Shown piece after piece: positions 48,066-60,167 of a stretch of DNA of 64,000 nt. The translations under genes and the position numbers were made by a program. How positions within the stretch are numbered: the first letter of the stretch is position 1; the number at the start of each line of letters is the position of its first letter. Source of the DNA: Sminthopsis crassicaudata (taxonomy: Eukaryota). The stretch covers positions 651,040,558 to 651,104,557 of the forward strand of contig NC_133619.1 in the NCBI RefSeq assembly GCF_048593235.1, written 5' to 3'. The notes beneath the pieces were generated by a model. It did not search any database, was not told the DNA's origin, and worked only from the letters and a program-made list of their open reading frames with translations.

Positions 48066-49855
48066 TCATGGCAGACCAGCCCAGTGCAGGGAGGTGTAGG
48101 CCACAGAGCCGTCAGGCCGGGGAGAGCACAGGAGCAGGGTCTTGCGCACGTTGGTCCCAAGACGTCCGGCACAGACGAGGTCCGGCAGCGGGAGGGGGTC
48201 CCCAGGGGCACAGCACTGGGCCACAAAGTGGGCGTGGTAGCGAAGGGGGTCGCCTGGAGTGCAGAGGGAGGGAGACAGTGCAGGTTAAACCTCCCTCCAG
48301 CCACCCTACCCACACAGACATGTAGGACAGGAGCAAGAGGTGGAGGGCAGGGGTCCAGGCTCACTCAGGACAGCTGAGGAAACTGAGGGCCAGGAAAAGA
48401 ATGAGTGACCAGAGGCCAAAAGGCAAAGGGGACAGAATCAGAGCTGACTGATTTTTTTTGGTGGAGGCAGTCTGGGTCTTGACCAGGATCTCAACAGTTA
48501 CTAAGTACTAAATGTCTGAGAGGGGATTTGAACTCGGGTCCTCCTGATTTGGGAGTCAGTTCTCTCTCCACTTCAGGGATGGGCTCAGGGGTCAGAATCC
48601 ACACTGGGCTGTCTCCTCCCCCACTGTCTTAGACAGTGGTCATCTAGCTCTTGCATGGCGCCCCCCAATGAGAACAGGCCCCCTAATGAGAACAGCAGCT
48701 CCCTAAACCCAAATCTGCTTTTCTGCAACTCCTCCTCCAAACCCCATCGCCCCCATTTTACACAGAAGTAAACTGAGGTTCAGAAGTCAGGGCCTTCCTT
48801 AGGGTAAAACTACCAAACCTGGGGGGAGGAGGGGCTTTGTCTGCAATTCAAGATTAAAGAGAAGCCAGGAGGGAAGCAGTGATACCCCCTCCCCCCAGCT
48901 CTGGAACAAAGGGCTCACACATGAAGGGCCCTGGAGAAGGGGGCAGAAGCAGCTCACCTGGATAGACCAGAAAGTCGCCCCCAAACTTGCCCCCGGAGGT
49001 GAGGAAGTAGCCCCTTTCCCACAGGTCCTTGTAGACTTGGTACCGGAGCTCGTGAGCTGGGTTTCCAGCATGGGGCCAATCTGGGGACGGATGGTGCCAG
49101 TCCAGGGGCCTGGCCCAGGCTGCTCGGGGGCGAGCTGTGGGCAGCTGGACTAGCATGGCAGTCTCCGGGAAAGGGGGCTGCAGCCCTGTGGGAGAAGGGG
49201 AGGAGCAAAGCGGGAGAGGTGGGACCTCTGCAGGCACTCCTGGCCCCCTCCCCCAAAGGCCCCCAGCTCACCTCCCTCCTCTCCTTGCCCCATCTCCGGA
49301 GGGCCCCGCTGTTTCTTGGCCCGGCCCTGGGCAATGTGCTCGGCCAGGTCCCGTAGGCGCCTCTGCCGGGCCTCGGACGCCAGGGCCCGCTGCTCCCGGA
49401 ATCCAGCCTCCTGCTCCAGACGGTACGCAGCCGCAGCCTGAGGAAGAGGGGGCTTTCAGCTGAGACAGGGGCCCAGGCTCTGCCCTCCTCCCCCGGAGTC
49501 CTAGGCTCCCCGGCCTCTCCCGCCCTCCCCCGGGGTTCTGGCTCCTCTCCCTCGCCCCCTCCCCCTGGGTCCTCAGCTCCCGGGCTCCCCGCCGGCGCTC
49601 CCCCCGGGGCACCTGGGCTCGCTGGCCGGATTCTGGGCGCCGTGCGGTGACGAGCGTGGCGGCGCCGATCTCGGCCAGCAGCCGGGCCTCCTCCGGCAGC
49701 AGCAGCAGCGGGAGACCGAGGCGCGCGTTCTGCCGGGGTCCCCGAGCCAGGCTCCCCACGGGCCGGCCCCCCACGCCCAGCCGTTCCCGCAGCGTCTGGG
49801 CAGCCTCGGCGCTCCACACCAGGGCCTGCCCGGCCTTCACCTCCACCACCAGCAT
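48066..49855 (-). CDS. TSEN34: tRNA splicing endonuclease subunit 34, about 274 aa
   Basis: Exons 49855-49613, 49437-49272, 49185-48958 and 48253-48066 total 825 nt. MLVVEVKAG...[49 protein letters not shown]. Confidence 0.96.
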
Positions 49856-50720
49856 GGAGTCGGGCTCCAGAGCCGCTCGGGGCCGGCTACCGCAGGGCTC
49901 GCCGAGCCAGCCAGCGCCCACGTGTCCAGTAGCTCCCGGAGCCGTCACTGGAGCCCGGCCCCAGCCCCGCCCCTTCCGAGCTCTTGCAGCCAAAGCCACG
50001 CCCCCCCCCCCAGAATATTTTGCCCTCAGCCCGCCCCGTTGCCAAATCTCCGCCCCTTTCCCCAGACTCGACGTCAGACCCGCCCCCGTGCGTAGCTCAT
50101 CCCCTGGGCTCCACCCCCTTAGAAGCCCTCACCTTCAGCTCCGCCCCTTGCCCAAACGCCCCGCCTTCGTTCCCTGCCTCTTTCAGCCACCCTGTACTCG
50201 CACCCACTTCTTTCCAAAGTTCGGGCTTCAGCTCCGCCCCTTTCCGAATGCCCGGTCCTCGGCCTCCGTCTCCTTCCCTAATTCATTCCCTACTCCATTT
50301 CGAGCCCTCGAACTTCAGCCACGCCCCATCGGAACCCTCACCCGGCAGCCTCTTCCCGAAAGCCAGTGGCCAGGCTCCGCCCCTGCTAGTAGCCCTTCCC
50401 TCAGCCCCACCCCTTGGAAGGTCGGAGCCAGTAGCCCCGCCCTCTATTAAAATGATAGCCTTGGCCCAGCTCCTTTCCACATGTCAGGTCCTGCCACAGG
50501 CCCCGCCCCCTTTCCTCTTTAGACCCAGAGCCCGGCCCCTCTCCGCCAGGCCCTGCTAAGTCGGGGCTCCTGTTCGGGGGCCTGCGGCTCCGCCCCGGAT
50601 CCGGAAGGGAGGGCGGCCGCAGGAGGGGGCGGGCTGAGCTGGAGTTGCCGGGGGTGGGACTGGGAGGCTGCCTCCGCTATTCTGACGGGTCCCAGCCTGG
50701 TCTCTGGGCTGCAGGTGGGA
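49856..50720. promoter_or_regulatory. CpG-rich bidirectional promoter region of TSEN34/MBOAT7
   Basis: Head-to-head genes; many GC boxes (ccgccc); Ets ccggaag at about 50600; likely MBOAT7 non-coding exon ending at donor cag/gtggga near 50713. Confidence 0.65.
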
Positions 50721-50811
50721 CGGGGTTCCGGGGACCCCATCTGGAGCCAGATGGGACTGAGGGAGGCTCGGACAACTTGGGGAGCGGAGGGGAAGGGAGA
50801 AGGGGCAAGCT

Positions 50812-51003
50812 CGGGACCTCCTGGGGCGCGGGGAGGGGGGGACATCCCCGATCCCCTGGGGGAGGGGCATTCCCGGGACCTCCTGGGGCGCGGGGAGGGG
50901 GGGACATCCCCGATCCCCTGGGGGAGGGGCATTCCCGGGACCTCCTGGGGCGCGGGGAGGGGGGGACATCCCCGATCCCCTGGGGGAGGGGCATTCTCGG
51001 GAC
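50812..51003. repeat. 62-bp G-rich tandem repeat x3 in the MBOAT7 5' intron
   Basis: Units start at 50812, 50874 and 50936 (cgggacctcctggggcgcggggagggggggacatcc...). Confidence 0.92.
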
Positions 51004-51171
51004 GGGGGGGGGGGGGGGGGCAGGCTGGAAGAGAGGTGTCTGCTCCAAGACCACCAAGGGACGGAGAAGATTAGGGGGCTCCTGAGGACTCGGGAGAGGA
51101 CACATCCTGAGCCTTAAGGAGTCGGGGAGGGGGATGCGTGGGTGACTGCGGCCCCACCCCCACCCAGAAAC

Positions 51172-54094
51172 ATGACTCCCGAGGAGTGGCAGTATCTTGC
51201 GATCCTCCTTATCTCCATCCCCGTGGGCTTCCTCTTTAAGCAAGCGGGTGAGTGTGTTCCCCTTCCTGTGGTCCGACTCTGGGCAGATGGGGGAAGGGAG
51301 GGGAGCAGAGGGCCTGGGGGGGGGGGGGCCAGTGCCGAGGCCCGGCCTCCTGTCCCACTGCCTCCCGCTCCCCTCCAGGTCCCGGGCTGAAGCAATGGGG
51401 AGCCGCAGGGGTGGGTGTGGCACTGACCCTGCTCACCTGCGGACCCCACATCCTGCACTCGCTGGCCACCGTCCTGGGCACCTGGATCATCATGGAGACC
51501 TGGCCCAGGTAACTGGCCGGGCCGGCCCGGCAGCCCCTCCCCCCCGCCCTCTGGCCCAGTTGGGAAGAGCCCGGCTTGACAGCGGCACTGGTGTCTCTCT
51601 GTCTGTCTCTGTCTGTCCCCTTCCTCTGGGCAGATCCTGCCACGCCCTGGCCCTGGCCTGGACCTTCCTCTACCTCCTCTTCTTCCGCATGGTCACCGTA
51701 TTGGGGCTCCCCGCCCCCACACCCTTCACCAATGCCGTGCAGTTGCTGCTCACACTCAAGGTGAGGTCTTGGAACTTGCAGCTCTCAGCACCTTAGGCTC
51801 CTCCCAGGGATCTCCAGTTGTGGCCCCCAACTCCGAGAGCCCCCCGGAATTCCAGCTCCCCAGGCGGGCTACAGGGCTTAGTTAGTTTGGCCCCTCCTGA
51901 GCTCCCTGGGAGAGATGGGCCAAAAGGGCAGACCCTGACCCTGTGCCCGTTCCCAGCTGGTGAGCCTTGCCAGCGAGGTGCAGGAGCTCCGGGCGCACAA
52001 GGAAGAGGATCCCCAGAAGCGGCCGTCTGTGGGGCAGCTCCTCGCCGTGCCCTCCCTGCCCCAGATACTCAGCTACAGCTACTGCTACGTGGGCCTCCTG
52101 ACGGGTGAGCAGCCCCTGCCCGGGTCCTCTGTCCCCCGGAAGGCCTCCAGCTAGGGGCAGTGCCCTTCTTAAACAGGGACCCCACTGCTGACCCGGGAGC
52201 TTGTGGTCCACTAAGAACACCTGCTCTCTCATCACACCTCCCTGGCATCTTCTAGTGACAACTGCTGGATAGAAAAGTGGGAAAGTGGGTTCAGTCCCAC
52301 CTGTGACAGCAGCCCAGGGACCCTCCACAGCCATTTAACCTCCCTGGGCCCGACTGCTCCTTGGTAAAGTGAGGGGCCTCCAGACCCGCCAAGTGGGGCT
52401 CCGCGATGGGCAGTGTGACACATTGGGTAGGGTTCTCTTGGGCTCCTGCCCGGTACCTCCTAGCCGTGTGAACGGAAGCGCCCATTCTTTGGCAGAATGG
52501 GAAGTCCGGGCAGCTTCTCCCGTGGGGGACCTCATGAGGCGGACCTTGGGCCCTGGTCTGCTGTGCTCCCTCCCGTGGGTCTCCCCAGTGTCCGCTTCTG
52601 CCCCAACCTCTCCTCTCCCTGCATCCACGCCTGCCCTGACCTCTCCCGGCAGGCCCCTTCTACCGCTACCGCACGTACCACGACTGGGTGCACCAAGGCC
52701 CGGCGCCGGTGCCCAGCTGGGAGCCGCTGCTGCTGCGGGCCCGGCCGGCCCCTGTCTTTGGCCTGCTCTTCCTGCTGTCCTCCTGGCTCTTCCCACTGGA
52801 GGCCGTGCGGGAGGACGCCTTTTACGACCGGCCCTTCGCCTTCCGCCTCTTCTACATGGTGCCCGTCTTCTTCGCCTTCCGGATGCGCTTCTACGTGGCC
52901 TGGATCGCGGCCGAGTGTGACTGCATAGCCGCCGGATTCGGGGCCTACCCCGTGGGGGCCAAGTCAAGGGCCGGGGGCGGCCCCACCCAGCCCTATCCTG
53001 CGCCAGACAGGTCAGCATCCACCACGGGTCGGGTCGCTGGGGCCCAGGGATGCCCCTTTCCCCGTGGGCTTCCAGACTCTCCGCGGCTGTGGTCGGTGGG
53101 ACTACCCAGGCCATCCTGTAGTGGGGGAGGGTGCTCTTCCCCGTCCGGGGCCCCTGGTGGCCATCAGCCTGAGATGCAGGGGTGAGGGCCCCCCCACCCC
53201 CAGGCTAAGCTGGGCCCTGCCCTGCGATTGCACCTGCAAGCCTTGAGGGAAGGTTCTGGAGGCAGAGCTGGTCACCCCGGTGGGCCCAGGCCAGTCCCCT
53301 TGGGCTGGGGCGTCAGGGCCCCTCCCGACCTCCAGCCGTCCCTCCAGCCCAGAAGCCGGAGCAGCCACCAAATACGACTACGAGACCATCCGCAACATCG
53401 ACTGCTATCAGACGGACTTCTGTGTACGCGTCCGCGATGGGATGCGGTACTGGAACATGACGGTGCAGTGGTGGCTCGCCCAGTACGTCTACAAGAGTGC
53501 GCCCGCCCGCTCTTACGTGCTGAGGTGAGCCCCCGGGAGCGGGGGTGGGCAGTGGAGGGCCCCGTGCTCCTGACCCCCACCATCCCCCCCACCCACATCA
53601 TCTCCCATCCCCTTGATCCCCACTGTCCCCCTGACTTGCCATCCCCCTGACTCTCTCCGTCCCATCTCCCGCCTCCCCATAGGAGTGCCTGGACCATGCT
53701 GCTTAGCGCCTACTGGCACGGCATCCACCCCGGCTACTACCTGAGCTTCCTGACCATCCCCTTGTGCCTGGCCGCCGAGGGCTGCCTGGAGTCCGGCCTT
53801 CGAAGCCGCCTGGGCCCCAAGGCCCAGCAGGCCTGGGACTGGGCCCACTGGTTCCTGAAGATGCGCGCCTACGACTACATGTGCATGGGCTTTGTCCTGC
53901 TGTCGCTGCGAGACACCCTTCGCTACTGGGCCTCCATCTATTTCTGCATCCACCTTCTGGCCCTGGGGGGCCTGCTGCTGGGGTTGGCCCTGGGCGGGGG
54001 AGGCCCTGGCCGCAGGGGCGGGGGTGCCCGCTCTGAAGCCAAGACCCTCTCAAACAAGCATCCCCCACCCCCCGACAAGTTGCGGGAGGAGTGA
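51172..54094 (+). CDS. MBOAT7: Lysophosphatidylinositol acyltransferase, about 475 aa
   Basis: Exons 51172-51247, 51379-51508, 51634-51760, 51957-52104, 52653-53010, 53348-53524 and 53683-54094 total 1428 nt. Catalytic YWNM and YWHG motifs; ends KLREE. AATAAA 54346-54351. Confidence 0.97.
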
Positions 54095-54566
54095 GGAGCC
54101 CCTGGAGCCGGGCAGGGCGGGGCCGGGCACTGAGTTCCCCACAGGTCCGAGGGGGCTCCCGAATTCCTGGGGGGCGCCAAGGCTGAGGGGCTGGAGACCC
54201 CGGAAGCCTGGATCCCAGAGGGGCCGGAGGATCGGACCGAGCTAGGGCAGGATGAGCCGTCTTCCTGGGGCTGACAGGGCTGGGAATCCTGAAGCCGGCC
54301 TCCCCCCAGGCTGGCTCCTTGGGGGGGTGGAATTTTAATTTTCTCAATAAAGAGCCTTGGACAAAAGCTTTGGTGTGATTGTCTGGGAGCCCCCCCCCCC
54401 TGTTTCGAGATTTCCTCTGCCAGGACGGCGGCCGCAGACTACAGCCCCCGCCAGGCCTTGCGCCAGGTGCCAGAGCTCTGCTGGGAGGCCAGCTTTCCAG
54501 GTGTGGGAGGGGCCAGCCCCGCCCCGCCTCACCTGAGCGCTGCCATAGCCCCAGGGACCCAAAAGA

Positions 54567-57500
54567 ATGGAGGCCGGAGCAGCGGGGGAGGACTGGAGGC
54601 CCAGGGGCCCTGGTCGCAGAGGAGGTCGGTGCGGGTGGGGGGGAGAGGGAGAGGAGCCCCAGCAAGGAGAGGAGGAAGGTGTAAGCTCCGACCCGGCCCT
54701 GCGGAAGGAAGGAGGAAGTGGCCCCAGGCCAAAGTCCTGCTGGGGGCGGGAGGGGACGCCAAGTCCCTGAGCTCCGGGCAGCTTAGGGGGCTAGATGGGG
54801 GGAGGGGAAGCTGGGCTCCGAGAGACGGGGGGAGGAGCTGGGGGCGCTCCCGAGAATAAGCTGCCCAGGGGAGGAAGCTGATGCTCAGAACCCCCAGAGT
54901 TCTGGGCAGGGGCATCCCTGGGGCCCCCCGGGGAGAGGGGGGATCCAAGTATCTGAGTGAACAGAGCTGGGGGCAGGAGCACAGCTTAGTGCCCAAAGGA
55001 AAGGGAGCGGGGGATCCCGGAGGGGGCGGGGTAGCGGAGTGGGGGAAGGTGAGCCTCAGACTGGAGCCATGCGCCCCCTCCCCTGCGGAGCCGGGGATCC
55101 CGGAGGGGGCGGGGTAGCAGGGTGGGGGACGTGCTGGGAGGTAAGCCTCACACTGGAGCTATGCGCCCCCTCCCCTGCGGGGCCGGGGTAGCGGGGTGGG
55201 GGATGTGCTGGGAGGTAAGCCTCAGACTGGAGCCATGCGCCCCCTCCCCTGCGGAGCGGGGGATCCCGGAGGGGCGGGGTAACGGGGTGGGGGACGTGCT
55301 GGGAGGTAAGCCTCAGACTGGAGCCCTGCGCCCCCTCCCCTGCGGAGCGGGGGATCCCGGAGGGGCGGGGTAACGGGGTGGGGGACGTGCTGGGAGGTAA
55401 GCCTCAGACTGGAGCCTTGCGCCCCCTCCCCTGCGGAGCGGGGGATCCCGGAGGGGCGGGGTAACGGGGTGGGGGACGTGCTGGGAGGTAAGCCTCAGAC
55501 TGGAGCCATGCGCCCCCTCCCCTGCGGGGCCGGGGTAGCGGGTGGGGGATGTGCTGGGGGAAGGGTGGGGAAGGGCGGTCCTGGATCCCCTAGAGCTTTG
55601 CCGTCCTTTCTCCTCCCGGCCCCCCGCAGGCGCATCGCTGTCCACCTTACTTAGCCAGCTCCCGAGCTCTGCCACAGTGAGGTACAGAGGTCCGGGAGTT
55701 CCTCCCTGGGGAGAGCCAGACCCGCCTCTGGAGCAGAGCGGGCCTGAGGCCTGGCCGCAAGAGGGATCTCCCCCCGGGACGCCCCCAGAATCCCAGGCCC
55801 TTCGAGAGCTGCCCTGGCCCCTGGAGGCCAAACGGCTTCTGTGGTGAGAGCTGCCCCCACCCCAGCTGCTGCCTTGCCTCCTCCCCTGCCCCGGGCGCTA
55901 GTGAGGGGCGGGAACCCCCCCCCAGTTTTCTCTCTCCTCTCCCATCCGTTTTTGCCACTCCATGCCTCTGCTCCCCTCTCCCCAGGAAGCTCCAAGCTGG
56001 CAGGCCAGAAAGGCCGGCGTCGGGCAGCCAGGGATCCAAGGGGACCCTGCTCCTGGGCCGAGCCTGGGCTCGCTTGGCTGGAGCCCCAAAGATCCTGGTT
56101 CCCTGGAGGACCACACTGACAAGGATCGGGGGTGAGTGGGGCCTGTGGGACACCGGGGTCCCCCGGGACGCAGCCGCCGGACCAGGGGGTCCCTAACACC
56201 TCTTCTCCGTCCAGGCCAGTATGGGGCGGGCACCGAGTCCTACTTCAGACTCCTTCGCTTTCTGCTGGGTTTGAACATTCTGGGGGCCTTGTTCCAAGGA
56301 GCTCTGACCCTGCTGCCCCTCCTCCTGCTGGGGCCCATCCCGGGGCCACCCTCACACGGTGTCCATCAGCCCTGCGGCCCCTATGACCCGCTGCCCCAGG
56401 GCCTGGTGGACTACCCCACGTACCTCATCAACCTGCTCTCTGGACAGGTAAGGATCCTGTCCCCAGGAGTCAGGCTCCCCGCTGTGTCCCAAAGTCAGGC
56501 CCCACCCCCTGTGCCCCAAAGTCAAGCTCCCCCCCTGTGCCCCAAGAGTCAGACCCCACCCCCCTGTGCCCCAAAGTCAAGCTCCCCCCCTGGGCCCCAA
56601 GAGTCAGACCCCACCCCCCTGTGCCCCAAGAGTCAGGCCCCACCCCCCTGTGCCCCAAGAGTCAGGCCCCCCCCTGTGCCCCAAGAGTCAGGCCCCACCC
56701 CCCTGTGCCCCAAGAGTCAGGCCCCACCCCCCTGTGCCCCAAGAGTCAGCCCCTCCTCCCCTCCCCTTCCCCTCCCCCAGCATTAGACCCCAGAGCTTTG
56801 GAGCACAAAAAGAGCCTGCAACCAAAGGCATGGTTCAGGAAGAGCGGGCAGCCCCCCAGGGGCAGGTTGCCCATTCCGGGCTCCCCTCCGCCCCGCTGCC
56901 CCGGGGTTTCGTCTCTTCCTGCCCGCCTGCCCCTTGTTTCCCTCACAGGGTCATCTAGAGTGGTCCCCCCTCTTTTACGGTTTCTACCCGGCGCAGCTGA
57001 CCGGCGGCACCTTCCGGCTGCCCATGGCCTACTTGCTGTGCACGTTCGTCTGTGGGCTCCTCTGCCTTCTCCTGATTCTCCACAGGTAGGATTTCCGAGC
57101 CCCGGCCCCAGCCTTCCTCAGCCCTTCCTGGGCCCGGGCCTGAGCCGCCCTCCCTCCCCTCCGCCTAACCCCCAGCCCGGCTCTGAGGCCCCGCCCCCAC
57201 GCAGGTCGGTGTCCGGACTGAAGCAGACCCTGCTGAGCGAATCCGGGGCCCTGACCAGCTACAGCCACCGCATCTTCTCGGCCTGGGACTTCGGGCTCCG
57301 GGGCCCGGGCCCGGTGGAGCTCCGCAGGCGAGCGCTCCGCTACGAGCTGCAGGTGCTTCCGGGGCGGCCGGAGCAGGACCATGGACAGGGCGCAGAAGTC
57401 CGGGAGGGGCCTGGGGGCGGGGCTTGCAACTTGGAGGGGAGGGACGGGGCTGGGGAGGGGGAGCTGCCAGGGGGCGGCCCGGGATTTAGGCGGGAGACGA

Positions 57501-60085
57501 GAGCTGGGGGGGGGGGGCGGCCGCCAGCGGGTCTCGGAGTCCGCGCTCTCTCGCCCAGGTGGAGCTGGAGGAGGCCTCGCTGAGGAAGCGCGCAGAGGCC
57601 CGGAGCCGGGCGCAGTGGGCCGGCCTGTGGGCGGCCCGGATACTGCTCAACCTGCTGGTGCTCGCCATGCTGGGGGCCGCCTTTTACGGGATCTACTGGG
57701 CCGTGGACCCCAACAAGGTTTTGCAGGTATGACCCAGGCTCTGGGGGGGGGGTGCTGAGAGCCTCAGGGCGGGGCTGTTCCTCAGCCCCATCCTCCCCTC
57801 AGAACGTCCCTGTGGTCCTGGAGACCCCGATCCTGAAGCTGCTGGTGGCCTATCTGCCGTCCATCTTCATATCTGCCGCTAACCTCCTTCTGCCTCCCGT
57901 CTTCGGCCTGATCACCGGCCTGGAGGGCTACACCCGCAGCCGCCAGCTCCAGCTCCTGCTTCTCAGGTGATGCGGCCGGCGGGCCGGCGGGGGCTGGACC
58001 TGGCTCCGCCCCCACTGGCTGGGGCTCCTCCCTCCCCGCCATCCACACTGCCTGTCTCCCCGCCCCCAGGACCGTGTTTCTCCGCCTGGCCTCTCCGGTG
58101 GTCCTGCTGGCGTCCCTCTGGAACGAGATCACCTGCGGGGGCGAGCCTGAGGCTGAGGCCTGTGCCACCTGCGGCTACAACTACAAGGAGCAACCGGTGA
58201 TGGCAGGATCCCCGAAAGGGCACAGGGCTGGGGACACCCGGCCCTGGGGTGGGCGAGGGGGGGGGGAAGACCAGGGCAGGGACATCTGGAGCCTCAAGGG
58301 GCTCAAGGGATGCTGGGTCCCCGAGGGGTGGGGACCAGGAGAAGGGGAGCGACGCTTTGGGTTTTACTTGACGGATCCCCTACCCCATCCCCAGTGTTGG
58401 GAAACCCGGGTGGGGCAGGAGATGTACAAGCTACTGCTGTTCGACCTGCTGACCTTCCTGGCCATCCCGGTGCTGGTCCAGTTCCCGCGCAAGTACGCCC
58501 GAGTTTACTCCTCGCCCCCTCTCGGATAGCCTAGAAGCCCTCTGCATCCTCCCGTCCCCTAAGATTTCCCCCCCTTCTGCCCGGTCCCCATACTCAGTTG
58601 CAGAAAACCATGGCCCCGCCATTAGACCCCGTTCTCCCCTCCCCTGGGAGTGCTAGGAAGAAATGCACAGACCGGGAGCAAGTAGAGCTGGCTGCCGGCG
58701 GCTATCCAGACCTGGGAACGGCGAGCCCGGGGGCTGTAGGAAAACGCCCGGGAAGAGCAAGCCTCGAGCCGCATCCTCCCCTCCTTCCTCCTCTAGACTC
58801 TTGGGCAGTATGTGCGGGGGCTGCCTGGGGCGTCTGCTGGGGACCATGGAGTTCCAGGTCCCGGAGGAGGTGCTGGGGCTCGTGTATGGGCAGACGCTGG
58901 TCTGGATAGGGGCCTTCTACTGCCCCCTCCTAGCGGGGCTCAACACAATCAAATTCCTGATCGTCTTCTACCTGAAGAGGGTGAGGGCGGGAGGGAGGGT
59001 GCCCCTGACGAGTCTCCCCCCCAGTCTCCCCCGGGGCCCTCACGAGTCTCCCCCCCCACGAGTCTCCCCCCCCAGTCTCCCCTGGGGCCCTGATGGGTCT
59101 CCCTCCCGGCCCTGACGAGTCTCCCCCCCCAACAAGTCTCCCCCCCCAGAGTCTCCCCCCCAGTCTCCCCGGGGCCCTGACGAGTCTCCCCCCCACGAGT
59201 CTCCCCCCCAGTCGCCCCCGGGCCCAGACGAGTCTCCCCCGCTGCAGTTCTCGCTCTTCTTCTTCTGTTCTCCGGCCTCTCGCACGTTCCGCGCCTCCAC
59301 CGCGAACTTCTTCTTCCCACTCGTGCTGCTCCTGGGCTTGGCCGTCTCCGCCGTCCCCGTGCTCTACGGCATTTTCGTGTGAGTGTCCAGGGCGTCCTCC
59401 TCCTCCCCCTCCCCCAGCTCGGTGCTGTCCGGGGGCGCTGCAGAAAGGCGCGTGCGCCGAGCCCTCGCGAGCTGCTCTTAGTGACCAAGGGGCAGAAGCA
59501 GAGCCACAACTCCCCCCTTACCGAGAGCCGGGGACCGGGCGGGGGCGGGGCGGGGCCGCCCGCTCCAGTGCCCGAGTCTGGGTCCCGTCCGTGCGCTCGC
59601 TCCGATTCCCGTTTCAGGATCCCACCGTCCAAGCTGTGTGGCCCCTTCCGGGGCCAGCGGACCATTTGGGCGGCCGTACCTCATGCCATCCAGGGCCTGC
59701 CCCAGACTGCCCGAGATTTCCTGTTCTTTCTGGGGACCCTAAGCTTCGCTGTCCCTCTGCTGCTCGTGTCAAGGTGGGGCAGGGGCGCCCGGGGGGAGGG
59801 GGCGCCAAAGGGAAAGGGTCTTCACGTCCTTCCTCTCCCCTAGCGTCCTGATGGTGTACACCTTGACACTGGCCAGTTCCTACGGCCGCCAGGTCTCCAA
59901 GCTGAAGGGGCACATAAAGATGGTGAGGGCGGGGCGGGGCGGGGCGGGGCGGGAGGGGGACTGGACAGGACAGGGACCGCTTCTCTTTTCATGCGCTCCG
60001 CTCTCCTCGTCCTCAGGAAAGCGAAAGTAAAGTGCTCTTGGCCCAGAGGATTGTGGCGCTCAGCGGGGAGGATCGGGATCTCTGA
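54567..60085 (+). CDS. TMC4: Transmembrane channel-like protein 4, about 703 aa
   Basis: 15 exons: 54567-54624, 55630-55843, 55986-56131, 56215-56447, 56949-57085, 57205-57352, 57559-57726, 57803-57966, 58070-58196, 58395-58492, 58797-58980, 59248-59378, 59618-59773, 59844-59922, 60017-60085; 2112 nt open. [12 protein letters not shown] and [12 protein letters not shown] motifs. Exon 1 is the least certain. AATAAA 60335-60340. Confidence 0.93.
55004..55559. repeat. About 91-bp GC-rich minisatellite x6 in TMC4 intron 1
   Basis: Marker gt(a/g)agcctca at 55049, 55141, 55215, 55306, 55397 and 55488. Confidence 0.93.
56468..56750. repeat. About 28-bp minisatellite (about 10 copies) in TMC4 intron 4
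   Basis: Unit gtcaggccccaccccctgtgccccaaga. Confidence 0.92.
59004..59241. repeat. C-rich minisatellite filling TMC4 intron 11
   Basis: Repeated (ctg)acgagtctccccccc(cag) units up to the 3' splice site. Confidence 0.9.
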
Positions 60086-60167
60086 TGCCGAGAAGCCACC
60101 GGAGCGGGCTCGGGGGCCGGGAGCGACATCGTCCAACTCTCGCCCGCCAGGAGTGGGAGGCACGGAG

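Noticed and set aside
49186-49271. Alternative TSEN34 acceptor at 49228 giving a 44-nt intron
   Set aside because: Too short for normal splicing; the acceptor at 49186 has a strong pyrimidine tract and gives 86 nt.
50812-59241. Regular repeats as a CRISPR-like array
   Set aside because: Head-to-tail minisatellites without unique spacers, in a mammalian genome.
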